A stretch of DNA of 64,000 nt from Eledone cirrhosa (Eukaryota): assembly GCA_964016885.1 (NCBI GenBank), contig OZ024742.1, forward strand, positions 337,404,001 through 337,468,000, written 5' to 3'. The notes under the pieces were generated by a model. The model saw only the letters and a program-made list of their open reading frames with translations, was not told the origin of the DNA and ran no database searches. Shown here piece after piece: positions 25,601 through 40,600 of the stretch. Each line of letters opens with the position of its first letter. The stretch's first letter is position 1. The position numbers were made by a program, and so were the translations under genes.

Positions 25601-28600
25601 CAGTCCACACTGTCAAGTGGTCATGTTGGTGTCACAAAAAAAAGCACCCAGTTCACACTGTAAAGTGGTCATTTAGGGGCCACAACAAGAAGCACCCAGT
25701 CCACACTGTAAAGTGTTCATTTAAATGTCACAACGAAGAGCACCCAGTCCACACTGTAAAGTGGTCATGTAGATGTCACAACAAAAAGCACCCAGTCCAC
25801 ACTGTAAAGAGGTCATGTAGGTGACACAACAAAAAGCACCCAGTCCACACTGTAAAGTGGTTTTGTAGGTGTCACAACAAAAAGCACCTAGTCGACACTG
25901 TAAAGTAGTAGTGTAGGTGTCAAAACAAAAAGCAACCAGTCCACACTGTAAAGTGGTCATGTAGGTGTCACAAAAAAAAGCACCCAGTCCACACTGTAAA
26001 GTGGTCATGTAGGTGTCACAAAAAAAAGCACCCAGTCGACAATGTAAAGTGGTCATGTAGGTGTCACAAGAAAAAGCACCCAGTCCACACTGTAAAGTAG
26101 TCATTTAAATGTCACAACGAAGAGCACCCAGTCCACACTGTAAAGTGGTCATGTAGGTGTCACAACAAAAAGCACCCAGTCCACACTGTAAAGAGGTCAT
26201 GTAGGTGACACAACAAAAAGCACCCAGTCCACACTGTAAAGTGGTTTTGTAGGTGTCACAACAAAAACCACCTAGTCGACACTGTAAAGTAGTAGTGTAG
26301 GTGTCAAAACAAAAAGCACCCAGTCCACACTGTAAAGTGGTCATGTAGGTGTCACAACAAAAAGCACCCAGTCCACACTGTAAAGTAGTAGTGTAGGTGT
26401 CAAAACAAAAAAGCACCCAGTCCACACTGTAAAGTGGTCATGCAAGTGTCACAACAAAAGAGGCTAGCGTACACTGTAAAGTGGTCATGTAGGTGCTACA
26501 ACAAAAAGCACCCAGTCCACACTGTAAAGTGGTCATGTAGGTGTCACAACAAAAAGCACCCAGTCCACAGTGTAAAGTGGTCACGTAGGTGTCACAACAA
26601 AAAGCACCCAGTCCACACTGTAAAGTGGTCATATAGGTGTCACAACAAAAAGGACCCAGTCTACACTGTAAAGTGGTCAATGTAGGTGTCACAACAAAAA
26701 GCACCCAGTCCACACTGTAAAGTAGTAGTGTATGTGTCACAACAAAAAGCACCCAGTCCACACTGTAAAGTAGTAGTGTAGGAGTCAAAACAAAAAGCAC
26801 CCAGTCCACACTGTAAAGTGGTCATGTAGGTGACACAACAAAAAGCACCCAGTCCACACTGTAAAGTGGTCATGTAGGAGTCACAACAAAAAGCACCCAG
26901 TCCACACTGTAAAGTAGTAGTGTAGGTGACAAAACAAAAAGCACCCAGTCCACACTGTAAAGTGGTCATGCAGGTGTCACAACAAAAGAGGCTAGCGTAC
27001 ACTGTAAAGTGGTCATGTAGGTGTCACAATAAAAAGCACCCAGTCTACACTGTAAAGTGGTTAATGTAGGTGTCACAACAAAAAGCACCCAGTCCACACT
27101 GTAAAGTAGTAGTGTATGTGTCACAACAAAAAGCACACAGTCCACACTGTAAAGTGGTCACTGTACGTGTCGCAACAAAATGCACCCAGTCCACACTTTA
27201 AAGTAGTAGTGTATGTGTCACAACAAAAAGGACCCAGTCCACACTGTAAAGTGATCATGCAGGTGTCACAACAAAAAGCACCCAGTCCACACTGTAAAGT
27301 GGTCATGTAGGTGTCACAACAAAAAGCACCCAGTCTACACTGTAAAGTGGTCATGTTGGTGTCACAAAAAAAAGCACCCAGTCCACACTGTAAAGTAGTA
27401 TTGTATGTGTCACAACAAAAAGCACTCAGACCACACTGTAAAGTGGTCAATGTAGGTGTCACAACAAAAAGCACCCTGTCCACACTGTCAAGTGGTCATG
27501 TAGGTGTCACAACAAAAAGCATCCAGTCCACACTGTAAAGTGGTCATGTAGGTGTCACAACAAAAAGCACCCAGTCCACACTGTAAAGTGGTCACGTAGG
27601 TGAGACAACAAAAAGCACCCAGTCCACACTGTAAAGTGGTCATGTAGGTGTCACAACAAAAAGCACCCAGTCTACACCGTAAAGTGGTCATGTTGGTGTC
27701 ACAAAAAAAAGCACCCAGTTCACACTGTAAAGTGGTCATGTAGGTGCCACAACAAAAAGCACCCAGTCCCCACTGTAAAGTGGTCATTTAAATGTCACAA
27801 CGAAGAGCACCCAGTCCACACTGTAAAGTGGTCATGTAGGTGTCACAACAAAAAGCACCCAGTCCACACTGTAAAGTGGTCATGTAGGTGTCACAACAAA
27901 AAGCACCCAGTCCACACTGTAAAGTAGTAGTGTAGGTGTCAAAACAAAAAGCACCCAGTGCACACTGTAAAGTGGTCATGCAGGTGTCACAACAAAAGAG
28001 GCTAGCGTACACTGTAAAGTAGTCATGTAGGTGTCACAACAAAAAGCACCCAGTCCACACTGTAAAGTGGTTTTGTAGGTGTCACAACAAAAAGCACCCA
28101 GTCGACACTGTAAAGTAGTAGTGTAGGTGTCAAAATAAAAAGCATCCAGTCCACACTGTAAAGTGTTCATGTAGGTGTCACAACAAAAAGCACCCAGTCC
28201 ACACTGTAAAGTGGTCACGTAGGTGTCACAACAAAAAGCACCCAGTCCACACTGTAAAGTGGTCATGTAGGAGTCACAACAAAAAGCACCCATTCCACAG
28301 TGTAAAGTGGTCACGTAGGTGTTACAACAAAAAGCACACAGTCCACACTGTAAAGTGGTCATGTAGGTGTCACAACAAAAAGCACCCAGTCTACACTGTA
28401 AAGTGGTCAATGTAGGTGTCCCAACAAAAAGCACCCAGTCCACACTGTAAAGTAGTAGTGTATGTGTCACAACAAAAAGCACCCAGTCCACACTGTAAAG
28501 TAGTAGTGTAGGTGTCAAAACAAAAAGCACCCAGTCCACACTGTAAAGTGGTCATGTAGGTGACACAACAAAAAGCACCCAGTCCACACTGTAAAGTGGT

Positions 28601-31600
28601 CATGTAGGTGTCACAACAAAAAGCACCCAGTCCACACTGTAAAGTAGTAGTGTAGGTTACAAAACAAAAAGCACCCAGTCCACACTGTAAAGTGGTCAAT
28701 GTAGGTGCCACAACAAAAAGCACCCTGTCCACACTGTCAAGTGGTCATGTAGGTGTCACAACAAAAAGCACCCAGTCCACACTGTAAAGTAGTAGTGTAG
28801 GTGTCACAACAAAAAGCACCCAGTCCACACTGTAAAGTGGTTTTGTAGGTGTCACAACAAAAAGCACCTAGTCGACACTGTAAAGTAGTAGTGTAGGTGT
28901 CAAAACAAAAAGCACCCAGTCCACACTGTAAAGTGGTCATGTAGGTGTCACAACAAAAAGCACACAGTCCACACTGTAAAGTGGTCATGTAGGTGTCACA
29001 ACAAAAAGCACCCAGTCCACACTGTAAAGTAGTAGTGTAGGTGTCAAAACAAAAAGCACCCAGTCCACACTGTAAAGTGGTCATGTAGGTGTCACAACAA
29101 AAAGCACCCAGTCCACACTGTAAAGTGGTCATGTAGGTGTCACAACAAAAAGCACGCAGTCCACACTGTAAAGTGGTCATTTAGGTGTCACAACAAAAAG
29201 CACCCAGTCCACACTGTCAAGTGGTCATGTATGTGTCACACCAAAAATCATCCAGTCCACACTGTAAAGTGTTCATGTAGGTGTCACAACAAAAAGCACT
29301 CAGTCCACACTGTAAAGTGGTCACGTAGGTGTCACAACAAAAAGCACCCAGTCCACACTGTAAAGTGGTCACGTAGGTGTCACAACAAAAAGCACCCTGT
29401 CCACACTGTAAAGTGGTCAAGTAGGTGTCACAACAAAAAGCACCCAGTCTACACTGTAAAGGGGTCATGTAGGTGTCACAACAAAAGGCACCCAGTCTAC
29501 ACTGTAAAGTGGTCAATGTAGGTGTCACAACAAAAAGCACCCAGTCCACACTGTGAAGTAGTAGTGTATGCGTCACAACAAAAAGCACACAGTCCACACT
29601 GTAAAGTGATCAATGTAGGTGTCACAACAAAAAGCACCCAGTCCACACTGTAAAGTGGTCATGTAGGTGTCACAACAAAAAGCACCCAGTTCACACTGTA
29701 AAGTGGTCATGTAGGTGCCACAACAAAAAGCACCCAGTCCACACTGTAAAGTAGTAGTGTATGTGTCAAAACAAAAAGCACCCAGTCCACACTGTAAAGT
29801 GGTCATGTAGGTGCCACAACAAAAAGCACCCAGCCCACACTGTAAAGTGGTTTTGTAGGTATGACAACAAAAAGCACCCAGTCCACATTGTAAAGTAGTA
29901 GTGTATGTGTCACATCAAAAAGCACACAGTCCACACTGTGAAGTAGTAGTGTATGCGTCACAACAAAAAGCACACAGTCCACACTGTAAAGTGATCAATG
30001 TAGGTGTCGCAACAAAAAGCACCCAGTCCACACTGTAAAGTGGTCATGTAGGTGTCACAACAAAAAGCACCCAGTCCACACTGTAAAGTAGTAGTGTAGG
30101 TGACAAAACAAAAAGCACCCAGTCCACACTGTAAAGTGGTCATGCAGGTGTCACAACAAAAGAGGCTAGCGTACACTGTAAAGTGGTCATGTAGGTGTCA
30201 CAACAAAAAGCACCCAGTCCACACTGTAAAGTGGTCACGTAGATGTCACAACAAAAAGCACCCTGTCCACACTGTAAAGTGGTCATGTAGGTGTCACAAC
30301 AAAAAGCACCCAGTCTACACTGTAAAGGGGTCATGTAGGTGTCACAACAAAAAGCACCCAGTCCACACTGTAAAGTGGTCATGTAGGTGTCACTACAAAA
30401 AGCACCCAGTCTACACTGTAAAGTGGTCATGTTGGTGTCACAAAAAAAAGCACCCAGTTCACACTGTAAAGTGGTCATGTAGGGGCCACAACAAGAGGCA
30501 CCCAGTCCACACTGTAAAGTGGTCATTTAAATGTCACAACGAAGAGCACCCAGTCCACACTGTAAAGTGGTCATGTAGATGTCACAACAAAAAGTACCCA
30601 GTCCACACTGTAAAGTGGTCATGTAGGTGTCACAAAAAAAAGCACCCAGTCCACACTGTAAAGTGGTCATGTAGGTGTCACAAAAAAAGCACCCAGTCGA
30701 CAATGTAAAGTGGTCATGTAGGTGTCACAACAAAAAGCACCCAGTCCACACTGTAAAGTGGTCACGTAGGTGACACAACAAAAAGCACCCAGTCCACACT
30801 GTAAAGTGGTCATGTAGGTGTCACAACAAAAAGCACCCAGTCTACACTGTAAAGTGGTCATGTTGGTGTCACAAAAAAAAGCACCCAGTTCACACTGTAA
30901 AGTGGTCATGTAGGTGCCACAACAAAAAGCACCCAGTCCACACTGTAAAGTAGTCATTTAAATGTCACAACGAAGAGCACCCAGTCCACACTGTAAAGTG
31001 GTCATGTAGGTGTCACAACAAAAAGCACCCAGTCCACACTGTAAAGAGGTCATGTAGGTGACACAACAAAAAGCACCCAGTCCACACTGTAAAGTGGTTT
31101 TGTAGGTGTCACAACAAAAACCACCTAGTCGACACTGTAAAGTAGTAGTGTAGGTGTCAAAACAAAAAGCACCCAGTCCACACTGTAAAGTGGTCATGTA
31201 GGTGTCACAACAAAAAGCACCCAGTCCACACTGTAAAGTAGTAGAGTAGGTGTCAAAACAAAAAAGCACCCAGTCCACACTGTAAAGTGGTCATGCAAGT
31301 GTCACAACAAAAGAGGCTAGCGTACACTGTAAAGTGGTCATGTAGGTGCTACAACAAAAAGCACCCAGTCCACACTGTAAAGTGGTCATGTAGGTGTCAC
31401 AACAAAAAGCACCCAGTCCACAGTGTAAAGTGGTCATGTAGGTGTCACAACAAAAAGCACCCAGTCCACACTGTAAAGTGGTCATATAGGTGTCACAACA
31501 AAAAGCACCCAGTCTACACTGTAAAGTGGTCAATGTAGGTGTCACAACAAAAAGCACCCAGTCCACACTGTAAAGTAGTAGTGTATGTGTCACAACAAAA

Positions 31601-34600
31601 AGCACCCAGTCCACACTGTAAAGTAGTAGTGTAGGTGTCAAAACAAAAAGCACCCAGTCCACACTGTAAAGTGGTCATGTAGGTGACACAACAAAAAGCA
31701 CCCAGTTCACACTGTAAAGTGGTCATGTAGGTGTCACAACAAAAAGCACCCAGTCTACACTGTAAAGTGGTCAATGTAGGTGTCACAACAAAAAGCACCC
31801 AGTCCACACTGTAAAGTGGTCATGTAGGTGTCACAACAAAAAGCACCCAGTCTACACTGTAAAGTGGTCAATGTAAGTGTCACAACAAAAAGCACCCAGT
31901 CCACACTGTAAAGTGGTCATGTAGGTGTCACAACAAAAAGCACCCAGTCTACACTGTAAAGTGGTCAATGTAGGTGTCACAACAAAAAGCACCCAGTCCA
32001 CACTGTAAAGTGGTCATGCAGGTGTCACAACAAAAGAGGCTAGCGTACACTGTAAAGTGGTCATGTAGGTGTCACAACAAAAAGCATCCAGTCCACACTG
32101 TAAAGTGGTCATGTATGTGCTACAATAAAATGCACCCAGTCCACACAGTAAAGTGGTCATGTAGGTGTCACAACAAAAAGCAGCCAGTTCACACTGTAAG
32201 GTGGTCATGTAGGTGTCACAACAAAAAGCACCCATTCCACATTGTAAAGAGTTCATTTAATTGTCACAACAAAGAGCACCCAGTCCACACTGTAAAGTGG
32301 TCATCTAGGTGTCACAACAAAAAGCACCCAGTCCAAACTGCAAAGAGGTCATGTAGGTGACACAACAAAAAGCACCCAGTCCACACTGTAAAGTAGTAGT
32401 GTAGGTGTCAAATCAAAAAGCACCCAGTCCATACTGTAAAGTGGTGATGCAGGTGTCACAACAAAAAGCACCCAGTCCACACTGTAAAGTAGTAGTGTAG
32501 GTGTCACAACAAAAAGCAACCAGTCCACACTGTAAAGTGGTCATGTTAGGTGTCATAACAAAAAGCACCCAGTCCACACTGTAAAGTGGTCATGTAGGTG
32601 TCACAACAAAAAGCACCCAGTCCACACTGTAAAGTGGTCATGCAGGTGTCACAACAAAAGAGGCTAGCGTACACTGTAAAGTGATCATGTAGGTGTCACA
32701 ACAAAAAGCACCCAGTCCACACTGTAAAGTGGTCATGTAGGTGTCACAACAAAAAGCATCCAGTCCACACTCTCAAGTGGTCATGTAGGTGTCACAAGAA
32801 AAAGCATCCAGTCCACACTGCAAAGTGGTCATGTTAGGTGTCATAACAAAAAGCACCCAGTCCACACTGTAAAGTGGTCATGTAGGTGTCACAACAAAAA
32901 GCACCCAGTCCACACTGTAAAGTGGTCATGCAGGTGTCACAACAAAAGAGGCTAGCATACACTGTAAAGTGATCATGTAGGTGTCACAACAAAAAGCACC
33001 CAGTCCACACTGTAAAGTGGTCATGTAGGTGTCACAACAAAAAGCACCCAGTCTACACTGTAAAGTGGTCAATGTAGGTATGACAACAAAAAGCAACCAG
33101 TCCACACTGAAAAGTAGTAGTGTATGTGTCACAACAAAAAGCACCCAGTCCACACTGTAAAGTAGTGATATAGGTGTCACAACAAAAAGCACCCAGTCCA
33201 CGCTGTAAAGTAGTAGTGTAGGTGTCAAAACAAAAAGCACCCAGTCCACACTGTAAAGTGGTCATGCAGGTGTCACAACAAAAGAGGCTAGCGTACACTG
33301 TAAAGTGGTCATGTAGGTGTCACAACAAAAAGCACCCAGTCCACACTGTAAAGTGGTCATGTATGTGTCACAACAAAAAGCACCCAGTCCACACTGTAAA
33401 GTAGTCATGTAGGTGTCACAACAAAAAGCACCCAGTCCAACACTGTAAAGTGGTTTTGTAGGTGTCACAACAAAAAGCACCCAGTCCACACTGTAAAGTG
33501 GTCATGTAGGTGTCACAACAAAAAGCACCCAGTCTACACTGTAAAGTGGTCAATGTAGGTGTCACAACAAAAAGCACCCAGTCCACACTGTAAAGTAGTA
33601 GTGTATGTGTCACAACAAAAAACACCCAGTCCACACTGTAAAGTAGTAGTGTAGGTGTCAAAACAAAAAGCACCCAGTGCACACTGTAAAGTGGTGCTGT
33701 AGGTGACACAACAAAAAGCACCCAGTCCACACTGTAAAGTGGTCATGTAGGTGTCACAACAAAAAGCACCCAGTCCACGCTGTAAAGTAGTAGTGTAGGT
33801 GTCAAAACAAAAAGCACCCAGTCCACACTGTAAAGTGGCTTTGTAGGTGTCACAACAAAAAGCACCCAGTCCACACTGTAAAGTAGTAGTGTAGGTGTCA
33901 CAACAAAAAACACCCAGTCCACACTGTAAAGTGGTCATGTAGGTGTCACAACAAAAAGCACCCAGTCTACACTGTAAAGTGGTCAATGTAAGTGTCACAA
34001 CAAAAAGCACCCAGTCCACACTGTAAAGTGGTCATGTAGGTGTCACAACAAAAAGCACCCAGTCTACACTGTAAAGTGGTCAATGTAGGTGTCACAACAA
34101 AAAGCACCCAGTCCACACTGTAAAGTGGTCATGCAGGTGTCACAACAAAAGAGGCTAGCGTACACTGTAAAGTGGTCATGTAGGTGTCACAACAAAAAGC
34201 ATCCAGTCCACACTGTAAAGTGGTCATGTATGTGCTACAATAAAATGCACCCAGTCCACACAGTAAAGTGGTCATGTAGGTGTCACAACAAAAAGCAGCC
34301 AGTTCACACTGTAAAGTGGTCATGTAGGTGTCACAACAAAAAGCACCCATTCCACATTGTAAAGAGTTCATTTAATTGTCACAACAAAGAGCACCCAGTC
34401 CACACTGTAAAGTGGTCATCTAGGTGTCACAACAAAAAGCACCCAGTCCACACTGCAAAGAGGTCATGTAGGTGACACAACAAAAAGCACCCAGTCCACA
34501 CTGTAAAGTAGTAGTGTAGGTGTCAAATCAAAAAGCACCCAGTCCATACTGTAAAGTGGTGATGCAGGTGTCACAACAAAAAGCACCCAGTCCACACTGT

Positions 34601-37600
34601 AAAGTAGTAGTGTAGGTGTCACAACAAAAAGCAACCAGTCCACACTGTAAAGTGGTCATGTTAGGTGTCATAACAAAAAGCACCCAGTCCACACTGTAAA
34701 GTGGTCATGTAGGTGTCACAACAAAAAGCACCCAGTCCACACTGTAAAGTGGTCATGCAGGTGTCACAACAAAAGAGGCTAGCGTACACTGTAAAGTGAT
34801 CATGTAGGTGTCACAACAAAAAGCACCCAGTCCACACTGTAAAGTGGTCATGTAGGTGTCACAACAAAAAGCATCCAGTCCACACTCTCAAGTGGTCATG
34901 TAGGTGTCACAACAAAAAGGACCCAGTCCACACTGTAAAGTGGTCATGTAGGTGTCACAACAAAAAGCACCCAGTCTACACTGTAAAGTGGTCAATGTAG
35001 GTGTCACAACAAAAAGCACCCAGTCCACACTGTAAAGTAGTAGTGTATGTGTCACGATAAAAAGCACCCAGTCCACACTGTAAAGTAGTAGTGTAGGTGT
35101 CAAAACAAAAAGCACCCAGTCCACACTGTAAGGAGGTCATGTAGGTGACACAACAAAAAGCACCCAGTCCACACTGTAAAGTGGTCATGTAGGTGTCACA
35201 ACAAAAACACCCACTCCACGCTGTAAAGTAGTAGTGTAGGTGTCAAAACAAAAAGCACCCAGTCCACACTGTAAAGTGGTCATGCAGGTGTCACAACAAA
35301 AGAGGCTAGCGTACACTGTAAAGTGGTCATGTAGGTGTCACAACAAAAAGCACCCAGTCCTCACTGTAAAGTGGTCATGTAGGTGTCACAACAAAAAGCA
35401 CCCAGTCCACACTGTCAAGTGGTCATGTATGTGTCACAACAAAAAGCATCCAGTCCACACTGTAAAGTGGTCATGTAGGCGTCACAACAAAAAGCATCCA
35501 GTCCACACTGTAAAGTGGTCACGTAGGTGTCACAACAAAAAGCACCCAGTCCACACTGTAAAGTGGTCATGTAGGTGTCACAACAAAAAGCACCCAGTCT
35601 ACACTGTAAAGTGGTCAATGTAGGTGTCACAACAAAAAGCACCCAGTCCACACTGTAAAGTAGTACTGTATGTGTCACAACAAAAAGCACACAGTCCACA
35701 CTGTAAAGTGGTCAATGTAGGTGTCACAACAAAAAGCACCCTGTCCACACTGTAAAGTCGTCATATAGGTGTCACAACAAAATGCACCCAGTTCACACTA
35801 TAAAGTGGTCACGTATGTGCTACAATAAAAAGCACCCAGTCCACACTGTAAAGTGGTCATGTAGGTGTCATAACAAAAAGCACCCAGTTCACACTGTAAA
35901 GTGGTCATGTAGGTGCCACAACAAAAAGCACCCAGTCCACACTGTAAAGAGGTCATTTAATTGTCACAACAAAGAGCACCCAGTCCACACTGTAAAGTGG
36001 TCATCTAGGTGTCACAACAAAAAGCACCCAGTCCACACTGTAAAGAGGTCATGTAGGTGACACAACAAAAAGCACCCAGTCCACACTGTAAAGTGGTTTT
36101 GTAGGTGTCACAACAAAAAGCACCCAGTCCACACTGTAAAGTAGTAGTGTAGGTGTCAAAACAAAAAACACCCAGTCCATACTGTAAAGTGGTCATGCAG
36201 GTGTCACAACAAAAAGCACCCAGTCCACACTGTAAGTTAGTAGTGTAGGTGTCAAAACAAAAAGCACCCAGTCCACACTGTAAAGTGGTCATGTTAGGTG
36301 TCAACAAAAAGCACCCAGTCCACACTGTAAAGTGGTCATGTAGGTGTGGCAACAAAAAGCACCCAGCCCACACTGTAAAGTAGTAGTGTAGGTGTCAAAA
36401 CAAAAAGCACCCAGTCCACACTGTAAAGTGGTCATGCAGGTGTCACAACAAAAGAGGCTAGCATACACTGTAAAGTGGTCATGTAGGTGTCACAACAAAA
36501 AGCACCCAGTCCACACTGTAAAGTGTTCATGTAGGTGTCACAACAAAAAGCACCCAGTCCACACTGTAAAGTGGTCATATAGGTGTCACAACAAAAAGCA
36601 CCCAGTCCACACTGTAAAGTAGTAGTGTACATGTCACAACAAAAAGCACCCAGTCCACACTGTAAAGTAGTCATATAGGTGTCACAACAAAAAGCACCCA
36701 GTCCACACTGTAAAGTAGTAGTGTAGGTGTCACAACAAAAAGCAACCAGTCCACACTGTAAAGTGGTCATGCAAGTGTCACAACAAAAGCACCCAGTCCA
36801 CACTGTAAAGTAGTAGTGTAGGTGTCAAAACAAAAAGCAACCAGTCCACACTGTAAAGTAGTCATGTAGGTGTTACAACAAAAAGCACCCAGTCCAACAC
36901 TGTAAAGTGGTTTTGTAGGTGTCACAACAAAAAGCACCCAGTCCACACTGTAAAGTGGTCATGTAGGTGTCACAACAAAAAGCACCCAGTCTACACTGTA
37001 AAGTGGTCAATGTAGGTGTCACAACAAAAAGCACCCAGTCCACACTGTAAAGTAGTAGTGTATGTGTCACAACAAAAAGCACCCTGTCCACGCTGTAAAG
37101 TGGTCATATAGGTGACACAACAAAAAGCACCCAGTCCACACTGTAAAGTGGTCATGTATGTGCTACAATAAAAAGCACCCAGTCCACACTGTAATGTGGT
37201 CATGTAGGTGTCACAACAAAAAGCACCCAGTTCACACTGTAAAGTGGTCATGTAGGTGCCACAACAAAAAGCACCCAGTCCACACTGTAAAGTAGTAGCG
37301 TAGGTGTCAAAACAAAAAGCACCCAATCCACACTGTAAAGAGGTCATGTAGGTGACACAACAAAAAGCACCCAGTCCACACTGTAAAGTGGTTTTGTAGG
37401 TGTCACAACAAAAAGCACCCAGTCCACACTGTAAAGTAGTAGTGTAGGTGTCAAAACAAAAAGCACCCAGTCCATACTGTAAAATGGTGATGCAGGTGTC
37501 ACAACAAAAAGCACCCAGTCCACACTGTAAAGTAGTAGCGTAGGTGTCAAAACAAAAAGCACCCAGTCCACACTGTAAAGTGGTCAAGTACGTGTCACAA

Positions 37601-40600
37601 CAAAAAGCACCCAGTCCACACTGTAAAGTAGTGGTGTAGGTGTCAAAACAAAAAGCACCCAGTCCACACTGTAAAGTGGTCATGCAGGTGTCACAACAAA
37701 AGAGGCTAGCGTACATTGTAAAGTGGTCATGTAGGTGTCACAACAAAAAGCATCCAGTCCACACTGTCAAGTGGTCATGTAGGTGTCGCAAGAAAAAGCA
37801 TCCAGTCCACACTGTAAAGTGGTCATGTAGGTGTCACAACAAAATGGACCCAGTCCACACTGTAAAGTGGTCATGTAGGTGTCACAACAAAAAGCACCCA
37901 GTCTACACTGTAAAGTGGTCAATGTAGGTGTCACAACAAAAAGCACCCAGTCCACACTGTAAAGTAGTAGTGTATGTGTCACAAGAAAAAGCACCCAATC
38001 CACCCTGTAAAGTAGTAGTGTAGGTGTCAAAACAAGAAGCACCAAGTCCACACTGTAAAGTGGTCATGCAGCTGTCACAACAAAAGAGGCTAGCGTACAC
38101 TGTAAAGTGGTCATGTAGGTGTCACAACAAAAAGCACCCAGTCCACACTGTAAAGTGGTCATGTAGGTGTCACAACAAAAAGCACCCAGTCCACACTGTC
38201 AAGTGGTCATGTATGTGTCACAACAAAAAGCATCCAGTCCACACTGTAAAGTGGTCATGTAGGTGTCACAACAAAAAGCATCCAGTCCACACTGTTAAGT
38301 GGTCACGTAGGTGTCACAACAAAAAGCACCCAGTCCACACTGTAAAGTGGTCATGTAGGTGTCACAACAAAAAGCACCCAGTCTACACTGTAAAGTGGTC
38401 AATGTAGGTGTCACAACAAAAAGCACCCAGTCCACACTGTAAAGTGGTCATGCAGGTGTCACAACAAAAGAGGCTAGCGTACACTGTAAAGTGGTCATGT
38501 AGGTGTCACAACAAAAAGCATCCAGTCCACACTGTAAAGTGGTCATGTATGTGCTACAATAAAATGCACCCAGTCCACACAGTAAAGTGGTCATGTAGGT
38601 GTCACAACAAAAAGCAGCCAGTTCACACTGTAAAGTGGTCATGTAGGTGTCACAACAAAAAGCACCCATTCCACATTGTAAAGAGTTCATTTAATTGTCA
38701 CAACAAAGAGCACCCAGTCCACACTGTAAAGTGGTCATCTAGGTGTCACAACAAAAAGCACCCAGTCCACACTGCAAAGAGGTCATGTAGGTGACACAAC
38801 AAAAAGCACCCAGTCCACACTGTAAAGTAGTAGTGTAGGTGTCAAATCAAAAAGCACCCAGTCCATACTGTAAAGTGGTGATGCAGGTGTCACAACAAAA
38901 AGCACCCAGTCCACACTGTAAAGTAGTAGTGTAGGTGTCACAACAAAAAGCAACCAGTCCACACTGTAAAGTGGTCATGTTAGGTGTCATAACAAAAAGC
39001 ACCCAGTCCACACTGTAAAGTGGTCATGTAGGTGTCACAACAAAAAGCACCCAGTCCACACTGTAAAGTGGTCATGCAGGTGTCACAACAAAAGAGGCTA
39101 GCGTACACTGTAAAGTGATCATGTAGGTGTCACAACAAAAAGCACCCAGTCCACACTGTAAAGTGGTCATGTAGGTGTCACAACAAAAAGCATCCAGTCC
39201 ACACTCTCAAGTGGTCATGTAGGTGTCACAACAAAAAGGACCCAGTCCACACTGTAAAGTGGTCATGTAGGTGTCACAACAAAAAGCACCCAGTCTACAC
39301 TGTAAAGTGGTCAATGTAGGTGTCACAACAAAAAGCACCCAGTCCACACTGTAAAGTAGTAGTGTATGTGTCACGATAAAAAGCACCCAGTCCACACTGT
39401 AAAGTAGTAGTGTAGGTGTCAAAACAAAAAGCACCCAGTCCACACTGTAAGGAGGTCATGTAGGTGACACAACAAAAAGCACCCAGTCCACACTGTAAAG
39501 TGGTCATGTAGGTGTCACAACAAAAACACCCACTCCACGCTGTAAAGTAGTAGTGTAGGTGTCAAAACAAAAAGCACCCAGTCCACACTGTAAAGTGGTC
39601 ATGCAGGTGTCACAACAAAAGAGGCTAGCGTACACTGTAAAGTGGTCATGTAGGTGTCACAACAAAAAGCACCCAGTCCTCACTGTAAAGTGGTCATGTA
39701 GGTGTCACAACAAAAAGCACCCAGTCCACACTGTCAAGTGGTCATGTATGTGTCACAACAAAAAGCATCCAGTCCACACTGTAAAGTGGTCATGTAGGCG
39801 TCACAACAAAAAGCATCCAGTCCACACTGTAAAGTGGTCACGTAGGTGTCACAACAAAAAGCACCCAGTCCACACTGTAAAGTGGTCATGTAGGTGTCAC
39901 AACAAAAAGCACCCAGTCTACACTGTAAAGTGGTCAATGTAGGTGTCACAACAAAAAGCACCCAGTCCACACTGTAAAGTAGTACTGTATGTGTCACAAC
40001 AAAAAGCACACAGTCCACACTGTAAAGTGGTCAATGTAGGTGTCACAACAAAAAGCACCCTGTCCACACTGTAAAGTCGTCATATAGGTGTCACAACAAA
40101 ATGCACCCAGTTCACACTATAAAGTGGTCACGTATGTGCTACAATAAAAAGCACCCAGTCCACACTGTAAAGTGGTCATGTAGGTGTCATAACAAAAAGC
40201 ACCCAGTTCACACTGTAAAGTGGTCATGTAGGTGCCACAACAAAAAGCACCCAGTCCACACTGTAAAGAGGTCATTTAATTGTCACAACAAAGAGCACCC
40301 AGTCCACACTGTAAAGTGGTCATCTAGGTGTCACAACAAAAAGCACCCAGTCCACACTGTAAAGAGGTCATGTAGGTGACACAACAAAAAGCACCCAGTC
40401 CACACTGTAAAGTGGTTTTGTAGGTGTCACAACAAAAAGCACCCAGTCCACACTGTAAAGTAGTAGTGTAGGTGTCAAAACAAAAAACACCCAGTCCATA
40501 CTGTAAAGTGGTCATGCAGGTGTCACAACAAAAAGCACCCAGTCCACACTGTAAGTTAGTAGTGTAGGTGTCAAAACAAAAAGCACCCAGTCCACACTGT